Assembly (NCBI GenBank): GCA_014905635.1
Contig: JABVCE010000012.1
Span: 124,001-188,000 of the forward strand
DNA length: 64,000 nt
DNA from: Scenedesmus sp. PABB004
Taxonomy: Eukaryota
Direction of reading: 5' to 3'
This document shows, piece after piece, positions 25,290 to 41,359 of the stretch. A program made the position numbers and the translations under genes. The notes beneath the pieces are model-generated. The model saw only the letters and a program-made list of their open reading frames with translations, was not told the origin of the DNA and ran no database searches. Position 1 is the stretch's first letter. Each line of letters begins with the position of its first letter.

Positions 25290-25633
25290 GCTGCGCTGTC
25301 AGCCGACCAGCTGGTTGCGGGGCAGAGCGCAGTGACCGCGTGTACAACAGTGAGAGGCGCTGTGAGCAGCTGCCGTGTAAAGGCGTTGTGGTCGGCGGCG
25401 GCGACGACGCGGGCGGGGCCGGGGCGCAGCGCGTGCGGCGGGGCGCAGCGCGGCGGGGCGGTGTCTTCCGGCGGCCCGCGCCTGCTTCCGCACTCGCTCC
25501 CCGCATCCCGGCCGCTCCTGGCGCCCTCCCGCACTTGCTCAGCCCCGCGAGCGTTCGGTTGGGCGTCCCATCACCCGCGCGCTCACGACCCGCCCGCCCG
25601 CGCCCGCGGTCGCGGCAGCAGCGGTCCGGGGGC

Positions 25634-29766
<4,133 letters not shown>

Positions 29767-29983
29767 CCGCCGCCACACCGCACAGCAGCACGCGCTCACA
29801 CACACACGCGGCGTGCGCGGCGCGCAGGGCGCCTCAGCAGCAGCTGCGCGCGGGCGCGCGGCGTCGGCGTGCGCGGCGGCGGCGGCGGGGTCCGCGTGCA
29901 ACGAGGTTGCCGCCGCACGCGCCAGTCAGCACGCACCAGTCAGCACGCCAGCGGCAGCTCCTCGTTATTCAGGCCCGGCGTCG

Positions 29984-30973
29984 TCAGGCTTGCTCGTCCG
30001 CCGACGCGGGCTGCGCCCGGATCCACGACACCACGGCCTCGTGGCCGTTGCGGGCCGCCTCGCGCTCGCAGCCCCCGCGCCACCACGGGCAGCCGTTGGC
30101 GCGCAACCAGCGCAGCGCCTCCAGGTGCCTGTGCATAGCCGCCGCCCAGCACACGTGGCTGTCCAACGGCGCGGGCTCGGCCTGGGCACGCGCCCAGCGC
30201 AGCATCTCCAGGTCGCCGCTCCAAGCAGCCCAGAAGCACACCCGGTCGCCCCAGGGCAGCGGCGGCGTCTGCGCGCGCGCCCAGCGCAGCACGGCCATGT
30301 GCCCAGCAAAGGCTCCTGAACTGCACACGCCCCCCAGGTCAAGCCCCTGGCCGCGCGCCCACTCCAGCACGGCGAGCTGGCCGGCATGCGCTGCCGAGCC
30401 GACCATGTTGCCCATGCTGCAGTCGCCGCCGCGCAGCCAGGCCAGCCCCGCCACGTCGCCGCACACCGCGCGCGCGCTGGCCAGCCGCCCCTGCTGCCAC
30501 CGATCACCCTGCACCGCCCGCCACGCCTCCTGCACCGCCGCCAGCGGCAGCTCAGGGCAGCGCAGCGAGACGGCGCCGCGGAAGCGGTCGCGCGCCGCCC
30601 TGCAGACCAGCTTGGCGCTCCACGCCTGCAGGGCTGGCGGCAGGAAGCTCAGGACGTGGAGCACGAGGGGCTCGGGCAGGTCTGCCCACGGGCTGCGGGC
30701 GGCGCGGCGCGGGCGAGCAGTTGAGGCGGCGTGCGGGGGCGTGCGCGCAGGGGCGGCGGTGAGGCGGCGCGCGGCGCCTGCTGCAGCTGGCTGTGGCTCA
30801 GTGCTCGTCGCCCGCCTGGCCAGGCAGCCCCAGACAGGGGGGCACCAGCGCAGCCAGCGCGCCCACCTCGGCACCTCTGCTCCGCCAGGCGCCTCGCCCG
30901 CCGCCGCTGCCGCTGCCGCCCGCGCGCGCGTGGTCGGCCCGGCGCGCCGCGTGCCCGCCGGCGCAGCAGACAT
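29984..30973 (-). CDS. F-box + ankyrin protein, copy 6
   Basis: Exon 1 MSAAPAGTRRAGPTTRAR; exon 2 PWADLPEPLVLHVLSFLPPALQAW...NGCPW...ADEQA*. Confidence 0.8.
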   Translation of the reverse strand: MSAAPAGTRRAGPTTRARAAAAAAAGEAPGGAEVPRWARWLRWCPPVWGCLARRATSTEPQPAAAGAARRLTAAPARTPPHAASTARPRRAARSPWADLPEPLVLHVLSFLPPALQAWSAKLVCRAARDRFRGAVSLRCPELPLAAVQEAWRAVQGDRWQQGRLASARAVCGDVAGLAWLRGGDCSMGNMVGSAAHAGQLAVLEWARGQGLDLGGVCSSGAFAGHMAVLRWARAQTPPLPWGDRVCFWAAWSGDLEMLRWARAQAEPAPLDSHVCWAAAMHRHLEALRWLRANGCPWWRGGCEREAARNGHEAVVSWIRAQPASADEQA

Positions 30974-31670
30974 GGCGCCTGTTGGGGCCTGCGGGCCAGC
31001 AGGGAACAGGCTGCGGCGCCGGCGGCGGGCGCGAGCGCGCGGGCGGCGTGAGCGCAGCAGCAGCAGCAGCAGCGCGCGGCGCCCGCCTCGGCGCCCTGGC
31101 GCGGCGGCGCGGCCTGCCAGCGGCGCCCGGGGCGCGCAGGCCCGGCGGCCCACGCCACACGCCCGCCACCCGCGAACCGCCGGCGCCCCCGTCGCCCGCA
31201 GCGGGGCCGCGCAGCGCGGCCCGCCCGCCGCTGCCTGCTCACCGCCCGCCCGCGCTGCTGGGCTCGCCTGGCGCTGCGCTGGGCGGGTCAGCCCGGCCGT
31301 CAGGCGCCCGACGCGCGTCGCCCAGCCTGGCCAGGGGCGCGCCGCGGGCGGGGGCGGGCGCTGTAGCGGCGGCGCGTGTGCGTGTGCGAGCTGTGGGCCG
31401 CGGCCGGTGCTCGTGTGTGTGTGTGTGGCAGGGGGGCGCTGAGGGTGGCGGCGGCTGTGGACTGCGGGGCGGCGCGCGCGGGGGGCCTCCCCGGCGGCGG
31501 CGCGGGCGGCCGGCCGGGCGGCGCCTGCGCCCTGCGCCCTGCACCGTCGCCCTCGCGCCGCCGCTGCCGGGCACGCGCAGCGCGGCACGGCGCAGGGAGG
31601 CCGCCACTGCCCGGCGGCGGCAAGGAATGCGTGCGGCCCGGCACGGCGTGCGGCCAGCCGGTTGCCAGAG
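30974..31670 (-). repeat. Cassette leader, copy 6
   Basis: Conserved blocks; boundary motif CAGCCGGTTGCCAG at ~31655-31668. Confidence 0.85.
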
Positions 31671-31911
31671 CGCTGTACGCCGTGCCTCGTGCGAGCGCTG
31701 CGCAGTTCTGTGCGAGCCGAACGCTTCACACCACCTCGCCCACCCCCCTGTCACGACCCGCCGCCCGCCCCCGCCCAGCCCCCACCGACGCGCGGCTGGC
31801 GCGCAAACCAGCCGCCGCTGACGGGCCGTGGGTACGCCGGCGGCAAGCCGCCCAGCGCCGGCCCGCCGCCGCCGAGAGCGGGGCCGAAGCGCCCCCCCCC
31901 CCCCGCCGGCC

Positions 31912-31945
<34 letters not shown>

Positions 31946-32006
31946 CGCCCGCGCCGTCGACGACGCGGGCGCCGCCGTCCCGCCGCCGCCGCCGCCGCGC
32001 CGCAAC

Positions 32007-32032
<26 letters not shown>

Positions 32033-32037
<5 letters not shown>

Positions 32038-32850
32038 CGGAGGCGCCGAGGCATGGCGCGCGCCGCGCGCGGTCCTGCGGCCCCGCGATCGCGGCAGGCC
32101 GGGCTGCTGTGCTGTCGCAGATGCTGGCCGGCCCCTGCGCGCCCGCCCGGCGCCGCTCACCGCCGCGCTGGCGGGCCGGGAGGCCCCGGCGCGGCTGAAG
32201 GCTCCGGTGAGGCTGAACGCTGCCCGGACGGACAGCGCGGCGCGGCTCGCGCGCGGTCGCAGCGCGGGCGTGCCCCCCGGCGCGCCCTGCGGCGCCCGGC
32301 GGGCGCCGCCGGCGGCCACGTTGGCGGTGCTCCGCAGCATGGCGCGCCCGGGCGTGCGGGCTGGCCGGAAGGGCGTGACCGAGCGGCGCGTGCGTGCGAA
32401 TGGGTTCCCCTCCCGCGCGGGAGCAGTGCGCGCAGGGGCGGCGGGGGTGCTGGCGTCGGGGAGTGCGGTCGCGGCGTGCGGTCGCGGTGCGCGGCACAGC
32501 GCCCGGCGTCGCCCGTGGCCTGCGACGGGGGCCAGGGTGCGTCCGACGTGGCTAACAGAATGACAGGCGCGCGGCGGGCGCAGAGGCGCGGGCGCACGCC
32601 GGCGACGCGCCCGGTGCACTCGGGCGCGGGCGCCCGGGGCGGCGGCGCCGCGCCGCCGCCGTCGCCGCCGCTGCTGCCGACGCTGCTGGCGAGCCTGTGG
32701 CGCCTGCCCAGCGCGCCTCGAGTCGCAGGCTCTCAGGGCCCACGGAGCAGAACCCGGGCCTGGCCCCCAGCTGGCGCGCCCATCTTGGCCGATCGCGCCG
32801 CCGTGTGCACTAGGCCGCGCCCCGCGAGCGCCCGCGCGCCGCAGCAGCCG
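32033..32850 (-). repeat. Left arm of ~820 bp inverted duplication (upstream region + exon 1 + most of intron 1 of the lipase-like gene); truncated gene fragment
   Basis: Reverse complement of 35787-36612; encodes MLRSTANVAAGGARRAPQGAPGGTPALRPR on the minus strand versus MLRSSANVAAGGARRAPHGAPGG at 36305. Confidence 0.92.
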
Positions 32851-32870
32851 CATCAGGCGCCGGGAGCAGC

Positions 32871-35520
32871 ATGAAGGCGCTAGCGCGGCGCACTCCCGGC
32901 CGGGCGGGCCGGGCGCAGGTCGGTGCCGCCGGCGCGGCGCAATCCCGAGTGCAGGGCGGGCAGACAGGCCCTCCCGACCGGCGCGGGGGCCTCACACCGC
33001 CCCTGCGCGCCACCGCAGGCCCATCTCGCCGGGGCACCCGCGCCACAGCGGCCCCAGCGCGTCGCCAGGCGCTCAGGTGCGGCGAGGACGCTGGCGGGGG
33101 TGCACGCGTGTGAACGCGCCCCAATGGGTGCCGCCCCGCTCACGCTGCCGCCCGCGGCTGGGGCCCACCTGCAGGCCGGGCTGCTGCCCTGGAGGGCGCG
33201 TCGGTGGAGGCTGCAGCCGCGCCCGCGGCACCGGCAGCCCTGGACGCAGCTGCGCCCGCGGCGCCGGCGCTGCCCGCCATCACGCTGCCGACGGGTGCGG
33301 CGCCCGGGCGCCGCCGCTGCTGCTGGCGCTGCTGCTCCGCCATGCGCCATGCGCCGCCGCCCACACACGCCGCTGCTGGCCGCCGCCGCCGCTGTCGCCG
33401 CTGTCCCTGTAGACTTGCCGGTGTACCCGGGCTTGCGCGCCGCCTCGGACGAGGCCGCCAAGGCGGCGGCGGGCCTCGGCGGCGGCGTGGGCGACAAGGC
33501 GGCGGAGCTGGCGAGCGCGGCGAGCGCAGCGACGTCGCAGCTGGCCGGCGGCGCGAGCAAGGCGGCCGCGGAGCTGACCGGCGGCGCGAGCAAGGCGGCC
33601 GCGGAGCTGACCGGCGGCGTGAGCAAGGCGGCCGCCGACCTCACCGCCGCGCTCGCGGGCGCGACGTCGGGCGTGGGCAGCTCGGTCAGCGGGCTCGCCG
33701 GCAGCCTGGGCGAGGGCGCGAGCGGCGTCGCGGGCGCGGTCGGCGGCACGCTCGGCGGCACGCTCAGCAGCGTGCGGGGCGGCCTCGAGCAGGCCAAGGG
33801 CGGGCTCGACCAGGCGACCGCGGGCGTGGCCGGCGCGGTGGGCGGCGCGGTCAGCAGCGTCACCGCCACCACGCAGGCCGCGACGAGCGCGGTCGGCGCG
33901 GGGATCGCCGCGGGGCAGGCGACGGTGGCGTCGAGCCTCGACGCCGTGAGCGCGCAGGCCGCGGCGGTGAGCGCCGCGGTCGGCGGCGCCGTCGACGGCG
34001 CGGCCGCGGCCGCGCTCGGCGCGCTGCCGCCGCCGCGCGCGACGCGGCGCTCGCGCTCGGCGGCGCGCTCGCGGCGGGCGCGCACGCCGCGGCCGCGCAC
34101 CCGCGCGCCGCGGCGGTCGTGGGCGCCGCGGTCGCGGTGCCGGCGACGCTGCGGTACTACAAGCGCCGCTACGGCGGCTTCGCGGGCGAGCTGTCGCCCG
34201 ACCAGGTGGGCCGCGCGCGCGGCGGCGGCAGCAGGGCGCAGCGGCGGCCGGGCGCGGCGGCCGGGCGGGCGCGGGCGGGCGGGCGCCGCCGGCGCACCCC
34301 GCACGCCGCGCGCCGGCGCCGCCCGCCGACCGCCGACCCCCGGCGCCGCCCGCGCGCGTCGCGCAGGTGTCGGCGCTGCTGGCGGGCGACGGCAGCGTCT
34401 TCCTGGTCGACATCCGGCCAGAGGAGGTGCGGCGGCCCCGGGGCCTGCGGCGGCCCCGCGAGCAGCGCCGCGGCCCCGGCGGGCGCCCCGGCGGGGCCGC
34501 GCCCGCGCCCGGCGCCGTGCTGCTGACGCGCAGAGCCGCCGCCGGCGCGTGTCGGCGCAGGTGCGCGAGAAGGAGGGCCTGCCGGAGCTCAAGCTGTCCG
34601 CGCGCTTCAAGGTCGCCGCCTTCCCCCTGCAGGTGCGCAGCTGGCGCCGGCAGCACTGGCGGCTGCACTGCCCGCGCCGCCCGCCGCCGCCCCGCCGCCG
34701 CCGCCGCGCGCGCGCCGTGCGCGCCGCCGCCGCCGCCGCCGGACGCCCTCCCACACCCCCCCTCCCCCCGCACCGCCGCTCGCCGCCGTGCGCGCCCGCC
34801 CCGGCCGCAGTCCAACGTCGTGCCGCCGCGCGTCGCGCGCGAGGCGGCCAACGCGGACGAGCTGCGCACGCTCGTCAACGCGGCGTACGTGACGGGCCTG
34901 CCGCAGGCGGCGGCGGGCCGCTGACCAAGATTGTCGTCATGGACAGCGCCGGCGGCGAGCGCGCGCGCGGCCTCGCGCGCGCACTCGTGAGCCTCGGCTT
35001 TGGGCTCAGCTACGTGCTCGAGGGCGGCTTCCGGGGCTGGGCCGAGGCGGGGCTGCCGGTGAACGAGGGCGGCGCCGAGTACGACGTGTCGCCGGGCGCG
35101 GTGATCGGGGACAACGTCGAGGCGCTCGCCGCGGCCGCGGGCGAGGCCGCCGCGACGGTGGCGCGGCCGTCCGTGGGGCTGCCGCTGCTCGGCGGTGGCG
35201 CGGCGCTCGCGCTTGCGGTCGCCAACTACCACACCACGCTGCGCTACATCGGCGTGCTCGGCATCCTCGCGACGCTCGCGGGCAAGGCGCTGAGCTACGA
35301 CAGCCCCGGCGCCGCGCTCGCCGACGTGCAGGGCGGCCTCGCGGCGCTCGGCGGCGCGGCAAAGGGCCTCGGCGGCGTCAAGCTGCCCAAGCTCCCCGCC
35401 GCGCTGCCGGGCGGCGCCGCGGCGGCGGGCGCCGCGGCGGCGGCGGCGGCGGCCGCGGGCGAGGAGGGCGAGGAAGGCGAGGCCGCGGAGGGCGAGGCGG
35501 CCGAGGCGCAGGCGCAGTGA
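32871..35520 (+). CDS. CAS-like thylakoid rhodanese-domain protein (At3g59780-type) with long Ala/Gly/Ser-rich N-terminal region
   Basis: RYGGFAGELSPDQ | VFLVDIRPEE | VREKEGLPELKLSARFK | KIVVMDSAGGERARGLARAL...YVLEGGFRGWAEAGL...LSYD. Exact 5' exons uncertain; frame slips near 34030-34130 and 34915. Confidence 0.8.
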
Positions 35521-35786
35521 CGGCGGCGCGGGCGAGGCCGCGCGCTGGCAGCGACGACAAACGGACAGCAGGGGGACGATCAACGTGGTGTGCGCCGCGC
35601 GCACGTGCGCGCGTGCGCGGTGGCGGCGGCGCGTGTCTGCAGCGCAAGCAGCGAGTGCGCTTGTGCGCCAGCCAGGGGGAGACAACAGGGCACCCGAGCG
35701 CTCGCGGTGTTTGACCAGTGCTGTGTGAGCGAACGAGTGAGCGAGCGTGGCGGCGGACGGCGCCAGAGACGTGAAACAGCGAGTGA

Positions 35787-36612
35787 CGGCTGCTGCGGCG
35801 CGCGGACGGGGCGCGGCCTGGTGCACACGGCGGCGCGATCGGCCAAGATGGGCGCGCCAGCTGGGGCCAGGCCCGGGTTCTGATCCGTGGGCCCTGAGAG
35901 CCTGCGACCTCGAGGCGCGCTGGGCAGGCGCCACAGGCCCGCCAGCTGCGACAGCAGCGGCAGCAGCGGCGGCGGCGGCGGCGGCGGCGGCCCCCAGGCG
36001 CCGCCGCCCCTGGCACGTGCGCCCGAGTGCGCCGGGCGCGTCGCCGGCGTGCGCCCGCGCCTCTGCGCCCGCCGCGCGCCTGTCATTCTGTTAGCCACGT
36101 CGGACGCACCCTGGCCCCCGTCGCAGGCGCGGGCGACGCCGGGCGCTGTGCCGCGCACCGCGACCGCACGCCGCGACCGCACTCCCCGACGCCAGCACCC
36201 CCGCCGCCCCTGCGCGCACTGCTCCCGCGCGGGAGGGGAACCCATTCGCACGCACGCGCCGCTCGGTCACGCCCTTCCGGCCAGCCCGCACGCCCGGGCG
36301 CGCCATGCTGCGGAGCTCCGCCAACGTGGCCGCCGGCGGCGCCCGCCGGGCGCCGCACGGCGCGCCGGGGGGCACGCCCGCGCTGCGACCGCGCGCGCGC
36401 CGCGCCGCGCTGTCCGTCCGGGCAGCGTTCAGCCTCACCGGAGCCTTCAGCCGCGCCGGGGCCTCCCGGCCCGCCAGCGCGGCGGTGAGCGGCGCCGGGC
36501 GGGCGCGCAGGGGCCGGCCAGCATCTGCGACGGCACAGCAGGCCGGCCTGCGGCGACGGCGGGGCCGCAGGACCGCGCGCGACGTGCGGCATGCCTCGGC
36601 GCCCCCGCGCCG
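35787..36612 (+). repeat. Right arm of the inverted duplication (native 5' region of the lipase-like gene)
   Basis: See the left arm; e.g. GCCTGTCATTCTGTTAGCCACGTCGGACGCACC here versus its reverse complement at ~32537-32568. Confidence 0.92.
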
Positions 36613-38575
36613 TCGACGACGCGGGCGCCGCCGCCCCGCCGCCGCCGCGCCGCAGTCCGTGGAGACGCCGGCCGCTGCGCCCGCGACGGGCGTGCTGCAG
36701 CCGCGCAAGGCCGTGCAGGCCGTGCCGCCGGCCGACCGCCCCATGGTTGAGCTCGTCATGGCGCTGACCAGCCTGGCGGCGCACCCCAACGGCCCCCTGG
36801 TGCGCGGCCGCGGCGGGGGCCATGCTGGCGCCGCCCACGCGCTCCGCCGCCGCCGCCGCTGCTCGCGCCGCTGCTGCCAGCTGCCGCCGGCTTGGCGGCG
36901 CCCCCGCATGCGCGGCCCGCCCTCGCGCCGCGCCCACGCCCCCGCGTCCGCGCCGCGCAGGCCGCGCAGCTGGCGGAGCACGAGCTCGCGCTCGTTACGA
37001 CGAGCGCGACGTGCGACGACATGTTCTCCGCTGGCGCGATGGACAGCTACAGCGAGGACGTGCTCGCCGCGGGCGACGGCATGGCGCTGCCCATCGCCGA
37101 CGTGCGCGCGGCGGCGGAGCAGCTCGCCGCCGAGGTGCGCGGCGGCGCGGCGCCCGACTGGAACCCCGCGACCGCGCCGTCGGGCGGCGGCTTTGGCGGC
37201 GGCGCCGGCGCCGGCGGCGGCGCGCACGCGCTGGAGCAGCTCATGGCACAGAGCGAATACAACAACACAATGCGCGGCGGCAGCAGCGGCGGCGGCGGCG
37301 CCGGCGGCGGCGTGATGGCGCGCGTCGCGTCGCTGCAGGGCCAGATCCGCGCCGCGGCGGCGCGCGCGGCGGCGGCGAGCAAGCCGCTCGCCGGCGGCGG
37401 CGCCGCCGCCAAGGCGGGCGGCGCCAAGGCCGGCGCCGGCGCGGCGGCGCCGGGCGCGGGCGAGCGGCCCGGCGCGGGCAGCGGCAGCGCGAGCGACGAC
37501 GACGCGTCCTACGGCGACGCGGCGGCGATGGCGGTGCTGCCGCGCGGCGGCGCCGGCGCCGGCGGCGGCCTCGCCGCCGGCGGCGCGGCGGCCGCGGCCG
37601 CGCTGCGCGCGGGCGCGGCCGCGCGCGGCGCGGTGCAGTCGCCCGCCGTGCTGCCCGACCCCGCGTCGTCGTGGCTCGTCGCCGACTCGGCCGACGGCCT
37701 GCTGCGCACGATCGTCGTGTGCGCGCCGCCGGAGCTCGCGGCGCGCGTGTCCGGCGGCCGCGCGGCGGCCGACCTCGCGACGTTTGAGGCGTACGGCCTC
37801 GGCGCCAAGCTCAACAAGGCGCTGTATGCCGAGGCCAACGCGCTGTACAACCGCTTCATGCCCCTGGTGCTGGACCACCTGGAGGAGGCGGGCCCGGGCG
37901 CGCGCGTGATGCTCGCGGGCGCGGGGCTCGGCGGCAGCCTCGCCGCGGTGCTGGTGCTCATGCTGGTGTGCCGCGGGCTGCGCCCCGCGGCGCTCGCGCC
38001 CGCCGTCACGCTCAACGCGCCCGCCGTGCTCTGCGAGGTGCCAGACTTCAAGCAGTGGTGCTCAAAGGTGCGGCGCCGGCAGCAGCCGCGCCCGCCGCGC
38101 CGGCGGCAGCAGCCGCGCCTGCGCCTCGCGCCCGCCGCGCCTCGCTCGCGCGCCCCGACGCGGCCGCGCGCTCACCCCCGCCGCCGCCGCCGGCGCCGCG
38201 GGGTCCGCGCCGCAGGACGGGTGCAGCCTGGCCGACCTGGACGGCATGCTGGAGGACCTGCTGCACCGCGGCATCCTCTCCCAGCTCGGGCTGGCCCAGG
38301 ACGCGATACGCAACGTGTACCACTCGCCCGAGTCGGCGGCGTCCGCGGTGCGCGCGCTGCCGCCGACGCCGCTCGCGGCCGCGGCGGCGGCGGGCGGCAA
38401 GCGCGTGAGCGCGGCGGTCGCGTCGCTCGACGTCGGCGCGCTCGCGGCGCGCGGGCTGCTGCCCGACGTGCTGCGCGGCTGGCTCGCGTCGAGCGCGGCG
38501 GGCGGGGCGCTGCAGATCCTTAACCCCGTGGGCAAGCTCTGGCTGTACGTCGCCGCGCCCGAGCCCGCCCGCTGA
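36305..38575 (+). CDS. Plastid lipase PLIP-like class 3 lipase homolog, catalytic serine absent
   Basis: SSWLVAD...LRTIVV, TFEAYG..KLNKALYAEANALYNRFMP, VMLAGAGLGGSLA..LML..RG, VTLNAP.VLC, ILSQLGL, PVGKLWL are colinear with plant PLIP1-3. Transit-peptide-like N-terminus. Confidence 0.75.
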
Positions 38576-39089
38576 GCGGCGCGGCGCGGCCGAGGCGCAG
38601 CAGCGTGGGGCGGAGGGCGGCTGGTGCATTGCGCGCGCGCAGGAGCGCTTGCTTGTGTGGGGCCGCGGCGCGGGGTGCGCGTGTGTGCGTTCGGGGCGGG
38701 CGGGGGGCCTCGCCGCCGCCAGCAGCGTGAATAACGACGGCGGCCGCGCGCTAGGCGGGCGGGGGCAGGCGGCGCATGATCGCCTGGCCGACGAGGGGGA
38801 GGCAGGCGGGGGCACACGGACCGGGGGAGGGGGGCTCCCGGCGGCGGCCGAGCACAGGCGGGGCAGGGCGCGCGGCGGCCGCCAACGCGCGGCGCGCGGC
38901 GGCACTGGCCCACACCCCCGCACAGGCCAGGCCGCGCGGTTGAGTTCGATTTTGCCCTCGCACACACAGGAGGCTGGTCCCGACTCGCGCGACGCGAGTT
39001 TTTGTTTGTGTGTTGGTCGTCGTCGTCGTTTTGGCGCGAGGCGTCTCCGGACGGGTAGAGGTTTGGCGGCCGTCACGCCTGAGCCCTGC

Positions 39090-39626
39090 GCACTCGCCCC
39101 GCCGACCGCACAGCTGCCGCCCACACAGCCGCCGCCCACAGCGCCTGCCACACACGCACACACACACGAGCGCCGGCCGCTCCACGCACACACACACACA
39201 AGCGCCGGCCGCGGCCCACAGCTCCCGCACGCACGCACACGCGCCACCGCCGCCCAGCGCCCGCCCCGGCCCGCGGCGCGCCCCTGGCCAGGCGGGGCGA
39301 CGCGCGTCGGGCGCCTGACGGCTGGGCTGACCCGCCCAGCGCAGCGCCAGGCGAGCCGCGCGGGCGGGCGGGCGGGGAGGGCAGCAGCGGCGGCGGCGCT
39401 GCGCGGCGCCCGCTGCGGGCGGCGGGGGCGCCGGCGGTGCGCGGCGGGCGGGCGTGTGGCGTGGATCGCCGGTCCTGCGCGCCCCGGGTGCCGCTTGCAG
39501 GCCCGCCGCGCCGCGCCGCCGCGCCGGGGCGGGCGCCGCGCTGCTGCGCTCACGCCGCCCGCGTGCTCACCCGTTGCCGGCGCCGCCTGCTGCTCCCTGC
39601 TGGCCGACAGGCCCCCAGGTGCCACC
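39090..39626 (+). repeat. Cassette leader, copy 7 (5'-degenerate)
   Basis: Conserved blocks CACGAGCGCCGGCCGC and CCCCTGGCCAGGCGGGGCGACGCGCGTCGGGCGCCTGACGG. Confidence 0.8.
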
Positions 39627-40586
39627 ATGTCTGCTGCGCCGGCGGGCAAGCGGCGCGTGGGTCGACCACGCGCGCAGCAGCAGCGGGCGAGGCGCCCGGC
39701 GGCGAGGATGAGGTGGCGCCGAGGTGGGCGCGCTGCCGCTGCTGTTGCTCGCCTGACTGGGGCTGCCTGGCCAGGCGGGCGCTGAGCACTGGGCCTCAGC
39801 CGGCTGCAGCAGGCGCTGCGCGCCGCCTCACCGCCTGCCGCCCCGCCCTCGCCCCGCCGCGCTGCCCGCAGCCCGTGGACAGACCTGCCCGAGCCCCTCG
39901 TGCTCCACGTCCTGAGCTTCCTGTCGCCGGCACTGCAGGCGTGGAGCGCCAAGCTGGTCTGCAAGGCGGCGCGCGGGCGCTTCCGCGGCGCCACGGTCGT
40001 CTCGCTGCGCTGCCCCAAGCTGCCGCTGGCGGCGGTGCAGGAGGCCTGGCGGGCGGCGCAGGGCCACCAGGCGCGGCAGCGGCAGCTGAGCGAGGCGCGC
40101 GCGGCGTGTGGGGATGTGGTGGGGCTGGCCTGGCTGCGCGGCGCCGGCTGCGACATACGCGGCGTGTGCTTCGAAGCTGTGGAGCACAGCCAGCTCGCCG
40201 TGCTGGAGTGGGCGCGTGACCAGGGGCTCGACCTGGAGTGGGTGTGCAATGGAGCAGCCGAGGGCGGGCAGCTGGCGGTGCTGCGCTGGGCCCGTGCGCA
40301 GACGCCGCCGCTGCCCTGGGGCGACGGTGTGTGCGTCAACGCTGCGGCGCGCGGCGACTTGCAGATGCTGCGCTGGGCGCGCGCCCAGTCGCCGCCCGCG
40401 CCGTGGGACTGGTGGACGTGCTTGATTGTGGCCAGACACGGGCAGCTGGAGGCGCTGCGCTGGCTGCGCGCCAACGGCTGCCCGTGGCGCCGCGGCTGCT
40501 GCGAGCGCGCGGCGGCACGCGAGGGCCACGAGGCCGTGGCCGCGTGGATCCGGGCGCAGCCCGCGGCGCCGGACGACGGCCGCTGA
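39627..40586 (+). CDS. F-box + ankyrin protein, copy 7 (exon 1 appears frameshifted by 1 nt: pseudogene or sequence error)
   Basis: Exon 1 reaches the donor in phase 1 rather than phase 2. Exon 2 from ~39872 is intact: PWTDLPEPL...NGCPW...DDGR*. Confidence 0.7.
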
Positions 40587-41359
40587 CGCGGGAGTTGAGG
40601 AGCACGGCACTTGACTGCAGTCAACTGCAGCGGTCGGCTGCGCGCTCGCCATGGGGCTCTGGGGTTGCCCGCGCCTGCCTGGCTGTGCTGTGCGCGTGTT
40701 GTGCGGGGCGCACGAGCGGGCCGCGCTGCGTGCGTGCTGTGGCGGTGGCAGCGTTGAAAGATGACGCTCGCGGCGGAGGGCCCCGCGCGCGCTGGCAACG
40801 CGGCTGACCGCGCGACGTCTGCAGCGCGCATGGGCGGGGGCAGTCGTCGGGGCGGCGTTGCAGCCACACGCTGCGCTCAGGCGCTCTATCGTACACCGGC
40901 GGCCGGCGGCGCCGCCGCGGCGGTCCGCCCCGCCCGCCTGTCTGCCCTGCCCCGCCCGCCTGTCTGCCCCGCCCCGCCCGCCCCGCCCGCCCGTCTGCCC
41001 CGCCGACCCTGCCGCCCCCTCGCTCCCTGCACCGCGGCCACCCTCGCGCGCGCGCGCGAGGCGAAGCGCGCCCGGCCCCGCCGCCAATCGCCCGGCAGTG
41101 CTCGGGCCCGGCCGCCGCCGCCCCCGCCAACCGCTCCTGCAGGCGCTCCCGCCACGGCCGCCGCCGCCCGGCAGCAGCAGCCGTCGCCGGCAGCCGCCGC
41201 GCGCGGCCCCGACAGTCCTCCGCGGCAGGGGACCGACTCGCTGCGCCTGCCTGCGTGACTGCCCGCCTGCCTGCCTGCCTGACTGCCTGGCCGACTGTTG
41301 TTGATACAGCCAGTCAGTTGGAGCAGTCAGTCAGTTGGAGCAGTCACGCAGTCGCAGTC

